Counted from the first letter of the stretch, positions 52,534 to 62,109 are shown. The stretch: DNA of 64,000 nucleotides from a bacterium (GCA_963643165.1 CAVIJD010000002.1:35234-99233); one strand, 5' to 3'. Notes: generated by a model not told the origin, from the sequence alone. A program made the numbers and translations.

Positions 52534-52541
52534 CAAATATA
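52534..52541 (-). promoter_or_regulatory. -7 promoter box TATATTTGcacg for the porin-fumC-malic enzyme-kinase operon
   Basis: Plus strand cgtgcaaatata, 32 nt upstream of ATG 52501. Confidence 0.55.
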
Positions 52542-52589
52542 GCATAAATGTTCCAATCTGCAGTTCTTGTGTTGACGGCAATTCACGGC

Positions 52590-52638
52590 AAAACCAAAAA
52601 GGAGAAACTGAATAGTAATTCTGTTCAATTTCTCCTTG
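52590..52638 (-). terminator. Rho-independent terminator after fabD (end of fab operon)
   Basis: Perfect 9-bp stem aaggagaaa/tttctcctt with a 21-nt loop. Followed on the minus strand by UUUUGGUUUUG. It lies 23 nt after the stop at 52661. Confidence 0.65.
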
Positions 52639-52660
52639 AGGTTTCAGCGTCGGTGCGCGC

Positions 52661-53560
52661 TTATGCGGGCTTCACTTCGCCGCACGAGGAGGCGGTGACT
52701 GTGGTGTCGATGCGCTTGATGAGGCCTTGCAAGGTCTCGCCGGGGCCGAACTCCACAAAGTTGGCGGCGCCGTCGGCAACCATGTTGCGCACGGTCTGTG
52801 TCCACAGCACGGGAGCGGTGAGTTGGCGCAGCAGGTTGTCTTTGATGAGGTCAGGGTCTGACGAGGGCCGTGCCGACACGTTTTGGTAAATAGGGCAGGC
52901 GGGCACGTGAAATTCGCACTGGCGGATGGCTTTGGCCAGCTCTTCCTGTGCGGGTTGCATCAACGGGGAGTGGAATGCCCCGCCCACGTTCAGCGTCTTG
53001 ATAATCTTGGCCCCGGCTTCTTTCAGCAGCTGCGTGGCCTTCTCCAGTCCGGGCAACGTGCCCGAGATGACCGTCTGCAAGGGACTGTTGAAGTTGGCGG
53101 CCACAACGGTTTCGTCGGTGATGCTGTTGCAGATTTTCTCGATGGTCTCTGCGTCAAACTTCAGCACTACGGCCATTCCGGACGGCGCGACGCGGCAGGC
53201 CTCCTGCATGGCAACGGCTCGCTTTTCGACTAACCGCAAGGCATCGTCGAACGAGAGTGCCTTGTTGACAGCCAAGGCGGTGTATTCTCCTAAGGAGTGC
53301 CCTGCCACCATGTCCGGCTCGATGTCGTTGCCCCGGCAAAGGTAGGAGATGTAGGAGTGCAGGAACACGGCGGGCTGGGTGACGTCCGTTTTCTTGAGTT
53401 CCTCTTCGGTGCCGTCAAACATGACCTCAGACAGCGAGTAGCCTAAGATCTTGTCGGCGAGGGCGAAATGCTCCCGAGCAACAGGAAATTGGTCATACAG
53501 CGCTTTGCCCATGCCGGAGAACTGCGCTCCCTGTCCGGGGAATACGTATGCGTTCTTCAT
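52661..53560 (-). CDS. fabD: Malonyl-CoA:ACP transacylase
   Basis: MKNAYVFPGQGAQFSGMGKALYD...VAGHSLGEYTALAV...GAFHSPLM. Confidence 0.95.
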   Translation of the reverse strand: MKNAYVFPGQGAQFSGMGKALYDQFPVAREHFALADKILGYSLSEVMFDGTEEELKKTDVTQPAVFLHSYISYLCRGNDIEPDMVAGHSLGEYTALAVNKALSFDDALRLVEKRAVAMQEACRVAPSGMAVVLKFDAETIEKICNSITDETVVAANFNSPLQTVISGTLPGLEKATQLLKEAGAKIIKTLNVGGAFHSPLMQPAQEELAKAIRQCEFHVPACPIYQNVSARPSSDPDLIKDNLLRQLTAPVLWTQTVRNMVADGAANFVEFGPGETLQGLIKRIDTTVTASSCGEVKPA

Positions 53561-53563
53561 GCT

Positions 53564-53809
53564 TTAGGCCGTTTTGTTGAGGGCGTTCTCGAGGTATGTG
53601 ATGGCGTCACCTACAGTCTTGATCTTTTCAGCGTCGTTTTCGGCAATGCTGATGCCGAAGTTGTTTTCCAATTCCATGATGATCTCTACGGTGTCCAGGG
53701 AGTCAGCGCCAAGGTCGTTTACAAAACTCTTGTCGGGCGTGACGGCATCGACGTCAATGCTCAGTTTGTTGGCGATGATTTCTTTGGTCTTTTCTGCGAT
53801 GTTTTCCAT
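53564..53809 (-). CDS. acpP: Acyl carrier protein
   Basis: 81 aa with ...FVNDLGADSLDTVEIIMELENNFGI (DSLD phosphopantetheine site). Confidence 0.93.
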   Translation of the reverse strand: MENIAEKTKEIIANKLSIDVDAVTPDKSFVNDLGADSLDTVEIIMELENNFGISIAENDAEKIKTVGDAITYLENALNKTA

Positions 53810-53862
53810 TTTTTTCTGTTTGTGTTATTTGATTGATAAATTATTGGCTGAGTAGGGTGCTG

Positions 53863-54609
53863 TCAGAGGCTCAGTCCGCCGTCACAGCAGATGACCTGTC
53901 CGCTGATGTACTGTGCCAGGTCGGAGGCGAGGAAGAGCGCGGTGCGGGCCACGTCAAGCGGTGTGCCGCCACGGCGCAGCGGGATGTTCTGGATCCAGGC
54001 TTCGCGAACTTTCTCGTCAAGTTTCCGCGTCATGTCGGTCTCGATGTAGCCCGGAGCCACGGCGTTGCAGCGGATGTTGCGCGAGCCGATCTCTTTGGTC
54101 ATGGACTTGGTGAAGCCGATGATGCCGGCTTTGGAGGCCGAATAGTTGCTCTGTCCGGCATTTCCGTTGATGCCGACGATGGAACTGATGTTGATGATGG
54201 AACCGTTGCGCTGTTTCATCATGGCAGGCGTCAAGGCTTTGGTGTAGTTATATACGGACTTGAGGTTGGTGTTGATGACGGCGTCCCAGTCGCTCGGCGA
54301 CATGCGTAGGAGCAGGCAGTCGCGGGTGATGCCGGCATTGTTGACCAGGATGTCGATGGTGCCGTATATTTTCAGTGCCTCTGTCACCACGTTCGAGGCC
54401 TCCTCAAAGGAGGTGGCGTCGGCGGCAAAGAAGGAGACCTTGGTGCCGTATTGTTTGAGTTCCTCGAGGGTGCTCTGGCTGCGCTCGTCGTCGCGGAGGT
54501 CGGTGAAGATGATGTTGGCGCCGTTCTGCGCGAATAGGGTGGCGATGCACTTGCCGATGCCTTGAGCCGCCCCGGTGATCAACGCGGTTTTATGCTCTAA
54601 AAGATTCAT
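53863..54609 (-). CDS. fabG: 3-oxoacyl-ACP reductase
   Basis: ALITGAAQGIGKCIA...NNAGITRD...SSIVGINGNAGQSNYSASKAG...PGYIETDMT. Confidence 0.93.
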   Translation of the reverse strand: MNLLEHKTALITGAAQGIGKCIATLFAQNGANIIFTDLRDDERSQSTLEELKQYGTKVSFFAADATSFEEASNVVTEALKIYGTIDILVNNAGITRDCLLLRMSPSDWDAVINTNLKSVYNYTKALTPAMMKQRNGSIINISSIVGINGNAGQSNYSASKAGIIGFTKSMTKEIGSRNIRCNAVAPGYIETDMTRKLDEKVREAWIQNIPLRRGGTPLDVARTALFLASDLAQYISGQVICCDGGLSL

Positions 54610-54630
54610 AGTGTTCGGGTTTTAAGGTTG

Positions 54631-55071
54631 TTATTTTGAAAATTGAAGATTGTCGTTGTCCACCAGCACGAAAGTGAGGTTCCCTTTGGTGCAGAGTTGC
54701 CCGTCGATGGTCATCGAGGCTTCGATGAAGAACATCAGGCCGCGCCTTTGGGTTATCTTGGCCTTGATCTCCAGCAGGTCGCCGGGACGGGCCTGTTTCT
54801 TGAACCGCACGTTGTCGAAGCCGCCGTAGAACGGCGTTCTGCCGATGAGTTCCTCTTTGATGAGGAGGCAGCACGACTGGGCCATGATTTCGCACAGGAT
54901 AACGCCGGGAACCACGGGGAATCCCGGAAAATGGCCTTGAAGGAAAAACTCGTCGCCGCGCACGCGGTAGGTGGCGTGTACGTATTCGCCTTCCAGGTTG
55001 ACCTCATCCACGAGCAACATCGGCTCGCGGTGTGGCAGGTATTGTTTTATCTCTTCTCTGTTCATTGTCAA
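54631..55071 (-). CDS. fabZ: 3-hydroxyacyl-ACP dehydratase, stand-alone FabZ type
   Basis: ...YLPHREPMLLVDEV...FFLQGHFPGFPVVPGVILCEIMAQS... hot-dog fold, 146 aa. Confidence 0.9.
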   Translation of the reverse strand: MTMNREEIKQYLPHREPMLLVDEVNLEGEYVHATYRVRGDEFFLQGHFPGFPVVPGVILCEIMAQSCCLLIKEELIGRTPFYGGFDNVRFKKQARPGDLLEIKAKITQRRGLMFFIEASMTIDGQLCTKGNLTFVLVDNDNLQFSK

Positions 55072-55111
55072 TAGTGTTTAAAAGGAGTGTTTAAGTTGAT
55101 GATTGATGGTG

Positions 55112-56347
55112 TTATTGTTCAAATTTGCGAAGCACTACGCAACTGTTCTGTCCGCCGAACCCGAAGGAGTTGGAGATGGCGATGTTGACATCGGCGCGGC
55201 GTGCCGTGTTGGGCACATAGTCGAGGTCGCAGTCGGGGTCGGGCTCGTTGAGGTTGATGGTGGGCGGGATGACGCCGTTGTAGAGGGTGAGGGCCGTGGC
55301 GACGAGTTCCGCGCCGCCGGCAGCGCCGAGCATGTGGCCGAGCATCGACTTGTTGGAGCTGATGGGCACTTTGTAGGCGTTGGTCGTGCCGAGGGACAGT
55401 TTGATGGCTTGGGTCTCCGACTTGTCGTTCAGCGGGGTGCCGGTGCCGTGAGCATTGACGTACAGCGAGTCGCGGCTGCTGTCGTAGCCGGCCTCTTTCA
55501 GGGCCAGTTCCATGGCTCTGGCGGCGCACTTGCCGTCAGGACGCGGGGCGGTGTAGTGGTGGGCGTCGCAGGTGTTGCCGAAGCCGACAACCTCAGCATA
55601 GACCTTGGCGTGGCGCGCCATGGCATGCTCATACTCTTCCAGGATGACCACACCGGAACCTTCGCCGATGACGAAGCCTTGTCTGCGCTTGTCAAAAGGC
55701 AGCGAGGCGGCGTTCGGGTTCGGCTCGCGGGTGAGGGCCTTGCAGTTGTGGAAACCGCCGATGGCGATCGGGGTGATGGCCGCCTCGGCGCCGCCGGCGA
55801 TGATGGCGTCGGCATAGCCGTGCTGAATGCAGTGGAACGCCTCGCCAATGGAGTGCGTGCCCGTGGCACAAGCCGTGACGATGGGAAGACACGGACCCTC
55901 CGCATGGTGTACGATGGCGATGTTGCCCGCCGCGATGTTGGATATCATCATGGGTATAAACAAGGGCGAAACACGTCCCGGACCTTCGGCAAGCATCTTG
56001 GTGTGCTCCGTGTGGAACGTCTGAATGCCGCCCACGCCCGAGCCGAGGTAAACGCCCAGTCTTTCGGGCTCTATGGTCAGCTGGCTGTCCGTCATGGCCT
56101 GCTGCGCCGCTGCCAAGGCAAACTGCGCATAACGGTCTGAACGGCGCGCGATGTCTTTCTGCACACCATAGTCCTCGGCCTTGAAGTCGGTGACTTCGCC
56201 GCCGATTTTCACCGGCAGGTCATCAGTGGGGATGCGGGTGATCTCGCGGATGCCGCAGACCCCGTTGGTCAGATTGTTCCAAAAAGACGGAAGGTCTTTT
56301 CCGACAGGGGATATGATGCCCATGCCTGTAATTACTACTCTTCTCAT
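55112..56347 (-). CDS. fabF: Beta-ketoacyl-ACP synthase II
   Basis: MRRVVITGMGIISPVG...VTACATGTHSIGEA (active Cys)...NAHGTGTPLNDKSE...SNKSMLGHMLGAAGG (the two His). Confidence 0.96.
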   Translation of the reverse strand: MRRVVITGMGIISPVGKDLPSFWNNLTNGVCGIREITRIPTDDLPVKIGGEVTDFKAEDYGVQKDIARRSDRYAQFALAAAQQAMTDSQLTIEPERLGVYLGSGVGGIQTFHTEHTKMLAEGPGRVSPLFIPMMISNIAAGNIAIVHHAEGPCLPIVTACATGTHSIGEAFHCIQHGYADAIIAGGAEAAITPIAIGGFHNCKALTREPNPNAASLPFDKRRQGFVIGEGSGVVILEEYEHAMARHAKVYAEVVGFGNTCDAHHYTAPRPDGKCAARAMELALKEAGYDSSRDSLYVNAHGTGTPLNDKSETQAIKLSLGTTNAYKVPISSNKSMLGHMLGAAGGAELVATALTLYNGVIPPTINLNEPDPDCDLDYVPNTARRADVNIAISNSFGFGGQNSCVVLRKFEQ

Positions 56348-56398
56348 TCTTCAGTATTTGAAAATTGTTATTGTAATTGTTTTTATTGTCGTTAAGTT

Positions 56399-57349
56399 TT
56401 ATGCCCGCTGCATCACACACGCGCCAGATACAAAGCCCGCCCCGAATGCGCTCAACACCATGATGTCGCCCGTCTTGACTTTCCCGCTCTTGTACAGCTC
56501 GTCAATGAGGATGGGAATGCTGGCCGACGAGGTGTTGCCGTAACGGTCGAGGTTGATGGGGAACTGCCCGTTCTCCGCCCCGATGTTGTGCTTTATCGAT
56601 TCTATAATGCGGGCATTGGCCTGATGCAGCAAAAACCAGTTCACGTCTTTAACATCGACGTGGGCTTCGTCAAGCACGATCTGCACGTCTTTGGTGGAGG
56701 CCTTGACGGCCATCTTGAACACGTCGCGCCCTTTCATCACCAGCGGGTTGTAGGCTTCCGTGTCTTCGTCGTAAGGGGTCTTCTCCATCTTGCGGCGGTA
56801 GTAGAGCACGTCGTACTTTGAGGAGGTGGTGAGCCGGATCGACTTCAGTTCGTCGCCGTGGGTCAGCACTACCGCGCCGGCGCCGTCACCGAACAACACG
56901 GAAGTGTCGCGCTCGTGCCAGTTGCAGAACTTGGTGGGCTCCTCGGCACACACGATCAGAATGCGGCTGGCTTTCTTGGTCTGGAGGAATGACTCGGCAA
57001 TCTCCAAGGCATAGATGAATCCCGCACAGGCCCCGTTCAGGTCTATGCAGGGACATGTGGCGCCAATCTCCCCTTGCACGATGCAACTCATGGCCGGCGT
57101 GATGAAGTTGTTCGCCACGTTTGAGCAAATGATGAAGTCTAACTCCGACGGCTCAATGCCGGCATCGGCTATCGCCGACTTGCACGACTTGACGGCAAGG
57201 TCAATCAGATTCTCATTTGAGATCATGCGCCTCTCGTGTATGCCCGTGCGCGTGGTAATCCACTCGTCGTTGGTGTCCAGTATCTGCGAAAGCATTTCGT
57301 TGCTGATGACTTTCTGCGGCAAGGCGCTTCCTGTTCCTATAATTTTCAT
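56399..57349 (-). CDS. fabH: Beta-ketoacyl-ACP synthase III
   Basis: ...DEWITTRTGIHERR...LNGACAGFIYAL (Cys)...LLHQANARI (His)...YGNTSSASIP (Asn). Confidence 0.93.
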   Translation of the reverse strand: MKIIGTGSALPQKVISNEMLSQILDTNDEWITTRTGIHERRMISNENLIDLAVKSCKSAIADAGIEPSELDFIICSNVANNFITPAMSCIVQGEIGATCPCIDLNGACAGFIYALEIAESFLQTKKASRILIVCAEEPTKFCNWHERDTSVLFGDGAGAVVLTHGDELKSIRLTTSSKYDVLYYRRKMEKTPYDEDTEAYNPLVMKGRDVFKMAVKASTKDVQIVLDEAHVDVKDVNWFLLHQANARIIESIKHNIGAENGQFPINLDRYGNTSSASIPILIDELYKSGKVKTGDIMVLSAFGAGFVSGACVMQRA

Positions 57350-57534
57350 AAATCGTTTTATTTAACTTGCAAAACAACAAAATATTTTTTGGCGTGCAAA
57401 ACAACAAATAATAGTTTTTTAGAGCATTTGAAAGTGATTGATAATCATAATAATGTGGCGAACGTTTCTTATTGTTGGCGAAATCGCCGATAGTTGGCAG
57501 GCAATTAGGATTGCGATTTCCCCCTCTTTTTTTG

Positions 57535-57542
57535 TATTTTTG
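57535..57542 (+). promoter_or_regulatory. -7 promoter box TATTTTTG for the LytTR gene
   Basis: tgTATTTTTGccac, 30 nt upstream of ATG 57573. Confidence 0.55.
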
Positions 57543-57572
57543 CCACCTCAATATCGAAACAGAAAGACAGAG

Positions 57573-58439
57573 ATGAAGACCCCTGAATTCTTGACAAACA
57601 AAAAAAGGATAATTCAGTTTATCTGTTCTGTTGCCGCCTTTTCCATACTGTTCATCATTGTGTATAAACCTATCGGGGTTACAAGGTTCTTCTCCTTTCC
57701 CGACTCGCGGCTTTCGCTGATGTCTTATACGGCTGTGGTCGTGGCCATCGGTTTCGTGATCCTTGTTGCCAGCCGTTTTCTGCTCTACCGCGTGCTGCGC
57801 AGAAGACATGTTGACCTTGATTATCTGATTGTGTGGCTGATAGCAGAGATTTTCTTTCTCTCACTCGCACTTACCTTTTTTTCCTATTTCGTGAATACGG
57901 AACACAATGTCAAGTTCCTCGACCTGCTGGTCCGCATCAGCGCCAGCGTCGTGGGCATCCTCGCCATTCCGTATGTCGTTTCTGTGATGGGCTTTATGCT
58001 GAAAGAGAAAGAACGCGAACTGCAATACTATACGATGAAGAAGAACAATAATGCCGGCGACGCGGTCACCGGCATTACGAATTTTCATGACAAGAGCGGG
58101 AAGTTCGCTATTTCCATCAAGAACGAAGACCTGCTCTATCTGGAATCGGCAGACAACTATGTCAAGATTCATTACCTCAACAATGATGAGGTCTGCCAAT
58201 ATCTTTTACGGAATACGCTCAAGAACGTGGAGGAAGAGTATGCTTCCGCCGGGCTGGTCCGTTGCCACCGTTTCTATCTGGTGAATATGCACAAGGTCAA
58301 GATTGTGAGGAAACTGAAAGGCATCCTGGTGCTGGAGTTCACCGACTTGGCCAAGTCGGTGCCCGTTTCCAAGACTTATATCCGTTCGATTATCGATATC
58401 CTTGCACAGTCGGATCTGCATAACGAGAAGTCCAATTAG
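57573..58439 (+). CDS. Membrane-anchored LytTR-family DNA-binding protein (about 4 TM helices + C-terminal LytTR domain, no receiver domain)
   Basis: N-terminal hydrophobic helices. C-terminal ...ISIKNEDLLYLESADNYVKIHYLNNDEVCQYLLRNTLKNVEEEY...LVRCHRFYLVNMHKVKIV... is the LytTR pattern. The track start 57438 is an upstream extension. Confidence 0.85.
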   Translation: MKTPEFLTNKKRIIQFICSVAAFSILFIIVYKPIGVTRFFSFPDSRLSLMSYTAVVVAIGFVILVASRFLLYRVLRRRHVDLDYLIVWLIAEIFFLSLALTFFSYFVNTEHNVKFLDLLVRISASVVGILAIPYVVSVMGFMLKEKERELQYYTMKKNNNAGDAVTGITNFHDKSGKFAISIKNEDLLYLESADNYVKIHYLNNDEVCQYLLRNTLKNVEEEYASAGLVRCHRFYLVNMHKVKIVRKLKGILVLEFTDLAKSVPVSKTYIRSIIDILAQSDLHNEKSN

Positions 58440-60142
58440 TTTTCAGCTTTGTAAGAAAGCAGCATCTCTTCGCTGAAGTTGCGGATGTATTCCAGATTTT
58501 TGGCGATTTCGCATTTGCCTGTCTGGATCATCAATTTGCAGGAATTCAGGTATTTGCCGTCTCTCTCGGCATCAGTCAAGAGGAGGTGACCCATAATGAC
58601 GTATCCTACAGATTCTACCAGGCGGCGTGCGTTGAAGTCGTAAGCTTCACCCTGGAATTCGGAGGCGGCCTTCTGCATTTCGAGATAGCGTTCCGTCATG
58701 GCTTTCAGTTCGTTGCGCAGCGGCTCGAGTTCGGCTTTCATCGGCATGGCTTCATATTCGCGGATGCGGTTCATGAAGATTTCGCTGCCGATGCCTCTGA
58801 TGGCGGCCACCACCTGCAACTGTGAGGTGCCTTCGTAGATGGAGAGGATGCGGGCGTCGCGGTACAGTCTCTCGCAGGCGTACTCTTTCATGAAGCCTGA
58901 GCCGCCATGGATCTGTATGCAGTCGTAAGCGATGCGGTTGGCATATTCGCTGGAGAAGAGTTTCAGCAGCGGCGTGAACATGTCGGCGTATTTCTGGCTT
59001 TTTTTGAGTTCGGCACGTTCCTCGGTGGTCAGCGTGCGCTCTTTGGAAATCTGCTCCAAGGCCTTGCACACATCCACAAAACGGGCAGTTTCGTAAAGCA
59101 GCGAACGGATGGCATCGGTTTTGGCGCGCATGTCTGCCAGCATCTCATACACTTGCGGGAACTCGGCAATCGGCTTGCCAAACTGCTCGCGCTCGTGGGC
59201 ATAGCTGAAGGCTTCGCGGCAGGCGGCCTCCGCCAGTCCCACCGACTGTGCGCCGACACCCAAACGGGCACCGTTCATCAGCGACATCACATACTTGATA
59301 AGCCCGAACTTGCGGTTTCCGACAATCTGTGCCGGCGCATTGTTGAACACCAATTCTGCCGTTGGAGAGCCCTTGATGCCCAGTTTGTTCTCTATTCGTC
59401 TGATAGTTACGGCTTTGTCTTTCCTGTCGTAGAGAAAGTAGGAGAGGCCGCGGGCGTCTTCCGTGCCCTCTTCAGAGCGTGCCAACACCAGTTTGATGTC
59501 TGCGTCGCCGTTAGTAATGAAGCGTTTCACACCGTTCAGCCGCCAGCAGTTGGCTGCCTCGTCAAAAGTGGCTTTCAGTCGCACCGACTGCAGGTCGGAG
59601 CCGGCATCGGGCTCGGTGAGGTCCATCGAGCAGGTGTAGCCTTTGTAAATCAAGGGCAGATATTGCGCTTTCTGCACTTCGCTGCCGAACTCCAGGATCG
59701 TTTCGGCGCAGTCTTGCAGTCCCCAGATGTTGGCGAAGCCGGCGTCGGCGCGCGAGACGATCTCGGCGGCCATCACGTAGGGCACATACGGGAAGTTGAG
59801 GCCGTCGTATTTGCGGGGCAGCGACAGGCCGTAGAGTCCGGCGTCGCGCAGCGCTTCGTGGTTCTGCTGTGTGCCTTTGGCATAGACAATGGCGTTGTTT
59901 TCGATGTGGGGACCTTCCTGATCCACCGCCTCGGCATTGTTGGCGATTACCTCGCCGGCAATCTCGCCGATGATTTCCATCACCTTGTCGTAGTTCAGCA
60001 TAGCCTCGTCATAGCACGAAGGGGCGTCTTCGCAATGTTCGCTTTCGGCATAGCCGCGCTCTTTCAGTTCCACGATGCGGCCCATGGCCGGGTGGTTGAG
60101 GTGAAACTTGAGATTTTCGTTGTCTGTATAGTAATTTGACAT
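58436..60142 (-). CDS. Acyl-CoA dehydrogenase family protein (long 568-aa form)
   Basis: ...GLYGLSLPRKYDGLNFPYV...YTCSMDLTEPDAGSDL...ITNGDADI...IQIHGGSGFMKEYACERLYRDARILSIYEGTSQLQ. Immediately downstream of etfBA. Confidence 0.92.
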   Translation of the reverse strand: MSNYYTDNENLKFHLNHPAMGRIVELKERGYAESEHCEDAPSCYDEAMLNYDKVMEIIGEIAGEVIANNAEAVDQEGPHIENNAIVYAKGTQQNHEALRDAGLYGLSLPRKYDGLNFPYVPYVMAAEIVSRADAGFANIWGLQDCAETILEFGSEVQKAQYLPLIYKGYTCSMDLTEPDAGSDLQSVRLKATFDEAANCWRLNGVKRFITNGDADIKLVLARSEEGTEDARGLSYFLYDRKDKAVTIRRIENKLGIKGSPTAELVFNNAPAQIVGNRKFGLIKYVMSLMNGARLGVGAQSVGLAEAACREAFSYAHEREQFGKPIAEFPQVYEMLADMRAKTDAIRSLLYETARFVDVCKALEQISKERTLTTEERAELKKSQKYADMFTPLLKLFSSEYANRIAYDCIQIHGGSGFMKEYACERLYRDARILSIYEGTSQLQVVAAIRGIGSEIFMNRIREYEAMPMKAELEPLRNELKAMTERYLEMQKAASEFQGEAYDFNARRLVESVGYVIMGHLLLTDAERDGKYLNSCKLMIQTGKCEIAKNLEYIRNFSEEMLLSYKAEN

Positions 60143-60153
60143 CTTTCTGTTCT

Positions 60154-61173
60154 TTATTTCTGGTTAGCAATATAACTGTTGATCAATTTGGGCAGCACTT
60201 CCATTACGTCGCCGGTGATGTTATAGTCGGCGATGGCGCAGATGGGCGCGCTGGGGTCCGTGTTGATGGATATGATCTTGGCGGACTCTTCCATGCCGGC
60301 GCGGTGTTGTACGGCGCCGGAGATGCCGCAGGCGATGTACAGTTTCGGACGCACGGTGACGCCGGTCTGTCCGATCTGTCTTTCCGGCTCGGCAAATCCG
60401 GCATCCACGGCAGCGCGGGTGGCGCCCACTTCGCCGCCGATCAGCTCGGCATAGCGGTGCAGCAGTTCAAAGTTCTCCTTAGAGCCCACGCCGTAGCCGC
60501 CGGCCACGATGATTTGTGCGTTCTTGATGTTTATCTTCTTCGTTTCAACTTTCCGTTCCACAATGCTCACGCGGAAATCCTCAGGGCTGAGGTAGTTCTC
60601 CACGGGCAGCATGACCAGTCGGCCGGTGCGGTTCTCAACGCGCTCTTTCTTCATGACACCCTCGCGCACCGTGGCCATTTGCGGGCGGGTGTCGGGGTTG
60701 ACGATGGTGGCGATGATGTTGCCGCCAAAGGCGGGACGGATCTGATGCAGGATGTTCGGATAGACTTTATTCTGGCGGTTGTCGGCATAGTCGGCAATCT
60801 CGAGGCTGGTGCAGTCGGCGGTGAGGCCGCAGCGCATGCGGGAGGCCAGACGCGGGGCCAGGTCGCGCCCTGTGCAGGTGGCGCCGAAGAGAGCGACCTG
60901 CGGTTTCTGCTCCTCAAAGAGCTTTGACATGATGCTGAAATGGGGCAGCGTGCTGAACGGGAACAGCCGCTCGTCGCAGGCGTAGAATATCGTGTCTACG
61001 CCGTATGGATAGAGCTGTTCTTCAAGGTCTTCGACCTTGTCGCATAATACGGCTGCTTCCACAGCCACCCCTAAAGTGTCGGCCAGTTTCCTTGCTTTGG
61101 AGCACAGCTCGAGACTGACATCCGCCACCTTGCGGGCTTCATTGATTTCACAATAAACGATGATATTATTCAT
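60154..61173 (-). CDS. etfA: Electron transfer flavoprotein subunit alpha
   Basis: ...IIVAGGYGVGSKENFELL...GATRAAVDAGFAEPERQIGQTGVTVRPKLYIACGISGAVQHRAGM... (FAD-binding C-terminal domain). Confidence 0.95.
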   Translation of the reverse strand: MNNIIVYCEINEARKVADVSLELCSKARKLADTLGVAVEAAVLCDKVEDLEEQLYPYGVDTIFYACDERLFPFSTLPHFSIMSKLFEEQKPQVALFGATCTGRDLAPRLASRMRCGLTADCTSLEIADYADNRQNKVYPNILHQIRPAFGGNIIATIVNPDTRPQMATVREGVMKKERVENRTGRLVMLPVENYLSPEDFRVSIVERKVETKKINIKNAQIIVAGGYGVGSKENFELLHRYAELIGGEVGATRAAVDAGFAEPERQIGQTGVTVRPKLYIACGISGAVQHRAGMEESAKIISINTDPSAPICAIADYNITGDVMEVLPKLINSYIANQK

Positions 61174-61242
61174 TGAAAAAAATGTTTGTCTTGTTGTTTG
61201 AGTACTATAATATAATATTGTATAGAGAGGTATGGGTGGCGG

Positions 61243-62109
61243 CTATCCCAGAATATGGGCGTCCATCAGGGTGCGGGTCAGTTGCAACAGTCCCTCGTCA
61301 GTGGCGGGCACGGCAACGCTCTCTTTCTTGGCGAGCACCACATTCTCGATGCCTTTCACGCGGGTGGGGGAGCCGGTCAGACCGAGGCGGCTGCTGTCGG
61401 TGTCAAGGTCGTCGCAGTTCCACTCCGTGATGTTGAGGTAAGCCCTGTTTTCGGGCACGGGGGCGAGGTTGCGCTCGCGGGTTTCGGTGGCGGAGCGGGC
61501 ATCCTTGAACCTGACGGTACGGTGTGCATGCCTGAAGCGGCACGGGGCGGCTGTGCCCGAAACGGTGACCAGTGCCGGCAACGCGACCCTCACGGTCTCA
61601 AAGCCGTTCTCCAGCCTCCGCTTTATGGTGATGGAGTCGGCAGACACGGCCTCGATGGACTCGGCGTAAGTGATCTGCGGCAAGTCGAGCTTCTCTGCAA
61701 TCTGGGGCCCCACTTGGGCGGTGTCGCCGTCAATGGCCTGCCGTCCGCAGAAGATAAGGTCAACATGGCCCAGTTTCTTGACGGCCATCGAGAGGGCATA
61801 AGAGGTGGCCAAGGTGTCGGAACCGGCAAAACGGCGGTCGCTGACCACATAGCCGTTGTCGGCGCCGCGGTAGAGGGCTTCGCGGATGATGTCGGCGGCA
61901 CGGGCCGGACCCATCGTGATGACGCTGACCTCTACATCTTTGAGCCGGTCTTTCACCGACAGCGCCATCTCCAGCGCATTCAGGTCTTCGGGGTTGAATA
62001 CCGTAGGCAGGGCGGCTCTGTTGATGGTGCCGTTCGGCAACATGGCATCTTTGCCGACATTGTGCGTGTCGGGTACCTGCTTGGCTAAAACTGCAATTTT
62101 CAAACGCAT
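61243..62109 (-). CDS. etfB: Electron transfer flavoprotein subunit beta
   Basis: MRLKIAVLAKQVPDTHNV...NPEDLNALEMALSVKD...VITMGP...DLIFCGRQAIDGDTAQVGPQIAEKLDLPQITY. Confidence 0.95.
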   Translation of the reverse strand: MRLKIAVLAKQVPDTHNVGKDAMLPNGTINRAALPTVFNPEDLNALEMALSVKDRLKDVEVSVITMGPARAADIIREALYRGADNGYVVSDRRFAGSDTLATSYALSMAVKKLGHVDLIFCGRQAIDGDTAQVGPQIAEKLDLPQITYAESIEAVSADSITIKRRLENGFETVRVALPALVTVSGTAAPCRFRHAHRTVRFKDARSATETRERNLAPVPENRAYLNITEWNCDDLDTDSSRLGLTGSPTRVKGIENVVLAKKESVAVPATDEGLLQLTRTLMDAHILG

